Positions 59,791 through 64,000 of a stretch of DNA of 64,000 nt are shown here, piece by piece. The stretch is from Eledone cirrhosa (taxonomy: Eukaryota): contig OZ024751.1 in the NCBI GenBank assembly GCA_964016885.1, forward strand, positions 49,724,001-49,788,000, given 5' to 3'. The number at the start of each line of letters is the position of its first letter. Position 1 is the first letter of the stretch. A program made the translations under genes and the position numbers. The notes beneath the pieces were generated by a model. It was not told where the DNA came from, made no database searches, and worked only from the letters and a program-made list of their open reading frames with translations.

Positions 59791-59899
59791 AAGCATATGT
59801 TCGACATACTAACGATTTATGGTAGAGTACCACCGAATTATGGTAGAGTAAGCTACAGCATTATATACCTTCTCTATTTAAGTACTTTAGCATCTCAGC

Positions 59900-60790
59900 A
59901 CGAATACCATCCTCCACAGTGGTCTTGCCACATTTGAGCGCTTTCGTTTCTCTGGTGAGCACAACATCTACGAGGTTGTCTCCGCCCCTAAATAAACCTT
60001 ATGCACCTAAGTAGATGATGTTTGTCCAATTTAGGAGATCAGCAATGCATTCACTTTGTGTCAAAGAAATAGCCCCAAAAGAATTCCTTATAACAGGCGT
60101 GGAGAGAACTTTTTATTACAAAGTCGTCGGATGGTCTATCAGAGTATTTTATATGTTGATCTAAATTTAGATTCCAGCTTAACATCAAAGTCCTCCCATC
60201 TTTTTTAATTCTTGGATAATTTTACTGTCTCTCTGCTGCGACTTTTAAAGTGTGTGTGTACCGCAAGTGCAAGAGGGAAAACTTATTTATAAATCAAGTT
60301 TTGTAATCTTCCTTCTTTGTTCGGATGGCATAATTAGCCTCCTGGCTGAACCAGAGATCCTCTGCCTCAAGGCACCATTCAGAACAGCTTTCATCGAACA
60401 GCTGAACTACAGATTTGAATAATGCCCAAGTCGTTCGTTTCAACATGTTCAGTTTTTTTAGTGAGCTTTCTAAATTTGTATGAAATAGAATCTGCATACC
60501 TGGTCCTACCAACATCATGAGTCACAGCTTCCCACTTTACTCTGTATATCGAGCTGAACCTGCAGGGTTTTCTTGACTTTAGTTAGTCTCACGTTTCAGA
60601 TAACTAGTTGGTGATCAATTTATAGTTCAGGTCCTCTCGTAATATGAACATCCAGCACAGAATCAGAGACAATTAAGATAAAATGAATTAGCTAAATGTA
60701 AATAACGAAGAAAGTGTTTTTGAGGAAACTAGCATGAAATTCCAATATATCCCTCTTGGGAGTTGTTATCTCTTCCACCAACTGAAGGTT
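59900..60790 (-). pseudogene. Decayed LINE ORF2 remnant (endonuclease C-terminus/tether, CR1/L2-like)
   Basis: Minus-strand peptides QLVEEITTPKRDILE (cf. QLV.EPTR..NILD), IDHQLV (cf. SDH) and WALFKS...LWFSQE (cf. W..FK / PW). Many disruptions. Confidence 0.5.
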
Positions 60791-60794
60791 GTTG

Positions 60795-63700
60795 CACCAC
60801 CACACCAGTACACCACCACACCAGTACACAACCGTACTAGAACACTAACATACTAACACACCACCACACCAGTACACAACCGTACTAGAACACTAACATA
60901 CTAACACACCACCACACCTGTACACAACCGTACTAGAACACTAACATACTAACACACCACCACACCAGTACACAACCGTACTAGAACACTAACATACTAA
61001 CACACCACCACACCAGTACACAACCGTACTAGAACACTAACATACTAACACACCACCACACCAGTACACAACCGTACTAGAACACTAACATACTAACACA
61101 CCACCACACCAGTACACAACCGTACTAGAACACTAACATACTAACACACCACCACACCAGTACACAACCGTACTAGAACACCAACATACTAACACACCAC
61201 CACACCAGTACACAACCGTACTAGAACACTAACATACTAACACACCACCACACCAGTACACAACCGTACTAGAACACTAACATACTAACACCACCACACC
61301 AGTACACAGCCGTACTAGCACACTAACATACTAACACACCACCACACCAGTACACAACCGTACTAGAACACTAACATACTAACACACCACCACACCAGTA
61401 CACAACCGTACTAGAACACTAACATACTAACACACCACCACACCAGTACACAGCCGTACTAGCACACTAACATACTAACACACCACCACACCAGTACACA
61501 ACCGTACTAGAACACTAACATACTAACACACCACCACACCAGTACACAACCGTACTAGAACACTAACATACTAACACACCACCACACCAGTACACAGCCG
61601 TACTAGCACACTAACATACTAACACACCACCACACCAGTACACAACCGTACTAGAACACTAACATACTAACACATCACCACACCAGAACACAACCGTACT
61701 AGAACACCAACATACTAACACACCACCACACCAGTACACAACCGTACTAGAACACTAACATACTAACACATCACCACACCAGTACACAACCGTACTAGAA
61801 CACTAACATACTAACACATCACCACACCAGTACACAACCGTACTAGAACACTAACATACTAACACACCACCACACCAGTACACAACCGTACTAGAACACT
61901 AACATACTAACACATCAACACACCAGTACACAACCGTACTAGAACACTAACATACTAACACACCACCACACCAGTACACAACCGTACTAGAACACTAACA
62001 TACTAACACATCACCACACCAGTACACAACCGTACTAGAACACTAACATACTAACACACCACCACACCAGTACACAACCGTACTAGAACACTAACATACT
62101 AACACACCACCACACCAGTACACAACCGTACTAGAACACTAACATACTAACACACCACCACACCAGTACACAACCGTACTAGAACACTAACATACTAACA
62201 CATCACCACACCAGTACACAACCGTACTAGAACACTAACATACTAACACATCACCACACCAGTACACAACCGTACTAGAACACTAACATACTAACACACC
62301 ACCACACCAGAACACAACCGTACTAGAACACTAACATACTAACACATCACCACACCAGTACACAACCGTACTAGAACACTAACATACTAACACACCACCA
62401 CACCAGTACACAACCGTACTAGAACAATAACATACTAACACATCACCACACCAGTACACAACCGTACTAGCACACCAACGTACTAACACACCACCACACC
62501 AGCACACAACCGTACTAGAACACTAACATACTAACACACCACCACACCAGTACACAACCGTACTAGAACACTAACATACTAACACATCACCACACCAGTA
62601 CACAACCGTACTAGCACACCAACATACTAACACACCACCACACCAGTACACAACCGTACTAGATCACTAACATACTAACACATCACCACACCAGTACACA
62701 ACCGTACTAGAACACTAACATACTAACACATCACCACACCAGTACACAACCGTACTAGAACACCAACATACTAACACACCACCACACCAGTACACAACCG
62801 TACTAGAACACTAACATACTAACACATCACCACACCAGTACACAACCGTACTAGCACACTAACATACTAACAGACCACCACACCAGTACACAACCGTACT
62901 AGAACACTAACATACTAACACACCACCACACCAGTACACAACCGTACTAGAACACTAACATACTAACACATCACCACACCAGTACACAACCGTACTAGAA
63001 CACTAACATACTAACACATCACCACACCAGTACACAACCGTACAAGAACACTAACATACTAACACATCACCACACCAGTACACAACCGTACTAGAACACT
63101 AACATACTAACACACCACCACACCAGTACACAACCGTACTAGAACACTAACATACTAACACATCACCACACCAGTACACAACCGTACTAGCACACTAACA
63201 TAGTAACACACCACCACACCTGTACACAACCGTACTAGCACACTAACATACTAACACACCACCACACCAGTACACAACCGGACTAGCACACCAACATACT
63301 AACACACCACCACACCAGTACAGAACCGTACTAGCACACCAACATACTAACACACCACCACACCAGTACACAACCGTACTAGCACACCAACGTACTAACA
63401 CACCACCACACCAGTACACAACCGTACTAGCACACCAACATACTAACACACCACCACACCAGTACACAACCGTACTAGCACACCAACATACTAACACACC
63501 ACCACACCAGTACACAACCGTACTAGCACACGAACATACTAACACACCACCACACCAGTACACAACCGTACTAGCACACCAACGTACTAACACACCACCA
63601 CACCAGTACACAACCGTACTAGCACACTAACATACTAACACACCACCACACCAGTACACAACCGTACTAGCACACCAACATACTAACACACCACCACACC

Positions 63701-64000
63701 AGTACACAACCGTACTAGCACACCAACGTACTAACACACACCCGCACCAGTACACAACCGTACTAGCACACGAACATACTAACACACCACCACACCAGTA
63801 CATAACCGTACTAGCACACCAACGTACTAACACACCACCACACCAGTACATAACCGTACTAGCACACCAACATACTAACACACCACCACACCAGTACACA
63901 ACCGTACTAGCACACCAACATACTAACACACCACCACACCAGTACACAACCGTACTAGCACACCAACATACTAACACACCACCACACCAGTACACAACCG
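60795..64000. repeat. 48-bp tandem satellite, about 66 copies, continuing past the window end
   Basis: Unit CCAGTACACAACCGTACTAGAACACTAACATACTAACACACCACCACA; CGTACTAG recurs every 48 nt (ends at 60840, 60888, 60936...). Confidence 0.97.

Noticed and set aside
60795-64000. CRISPR array or Cys/Trp-rich repeat protein (ORFs 63243-63995)
   Set aside because: Contiguous tandem units with no unique spacers and no cas genes; most units carry in-frame stops.

Overview
Animal (very likely octopus/cephalopod-like, inferred from repeat content) intronic DNA: AT-rich and saturated with (TA)n, (CA)n, (TATC)n and (TAG)n microsatellites. Almost all ORFs in the supplied track are microsatellite artefacts. 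The only host-gene signal found is two 81-bp phase-1 Gly-X-Y collagen exons on + (11215-11295, 37276-37356), about 26 kb apart. The rest is mobile and repetitive DNA. It includes a near-full-length but broken Tx1/L1-clade LINE (30448-35877, -) embedded in (AAT)n, and a sister 3' fragment embedded in (TATC)n. There are about 20 copies of a tRNA-type SINE plus other SINE families, a non-autonomous Helitron-like element, and RTE, CR1/L2-like and Penelope-like remnants. A 2.7-kb 9-bp polypyrimidine minisatellite lies near the start and a 48-bp satellite runs off the right edge. The most notable non-coding signals are Penelope/retrozyme-type minimal type I hammerhead ribozyme motifs (best at 24841-24883, -, duplicated 488 bp away; another with a long stem II at 53604-53758, -), several strong hairpins/palindromes, and an apparent ~220-bp target-site duplication around one SINE. 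All calls were made by eye without database searches, and boundaries of decayed elements are approximate.
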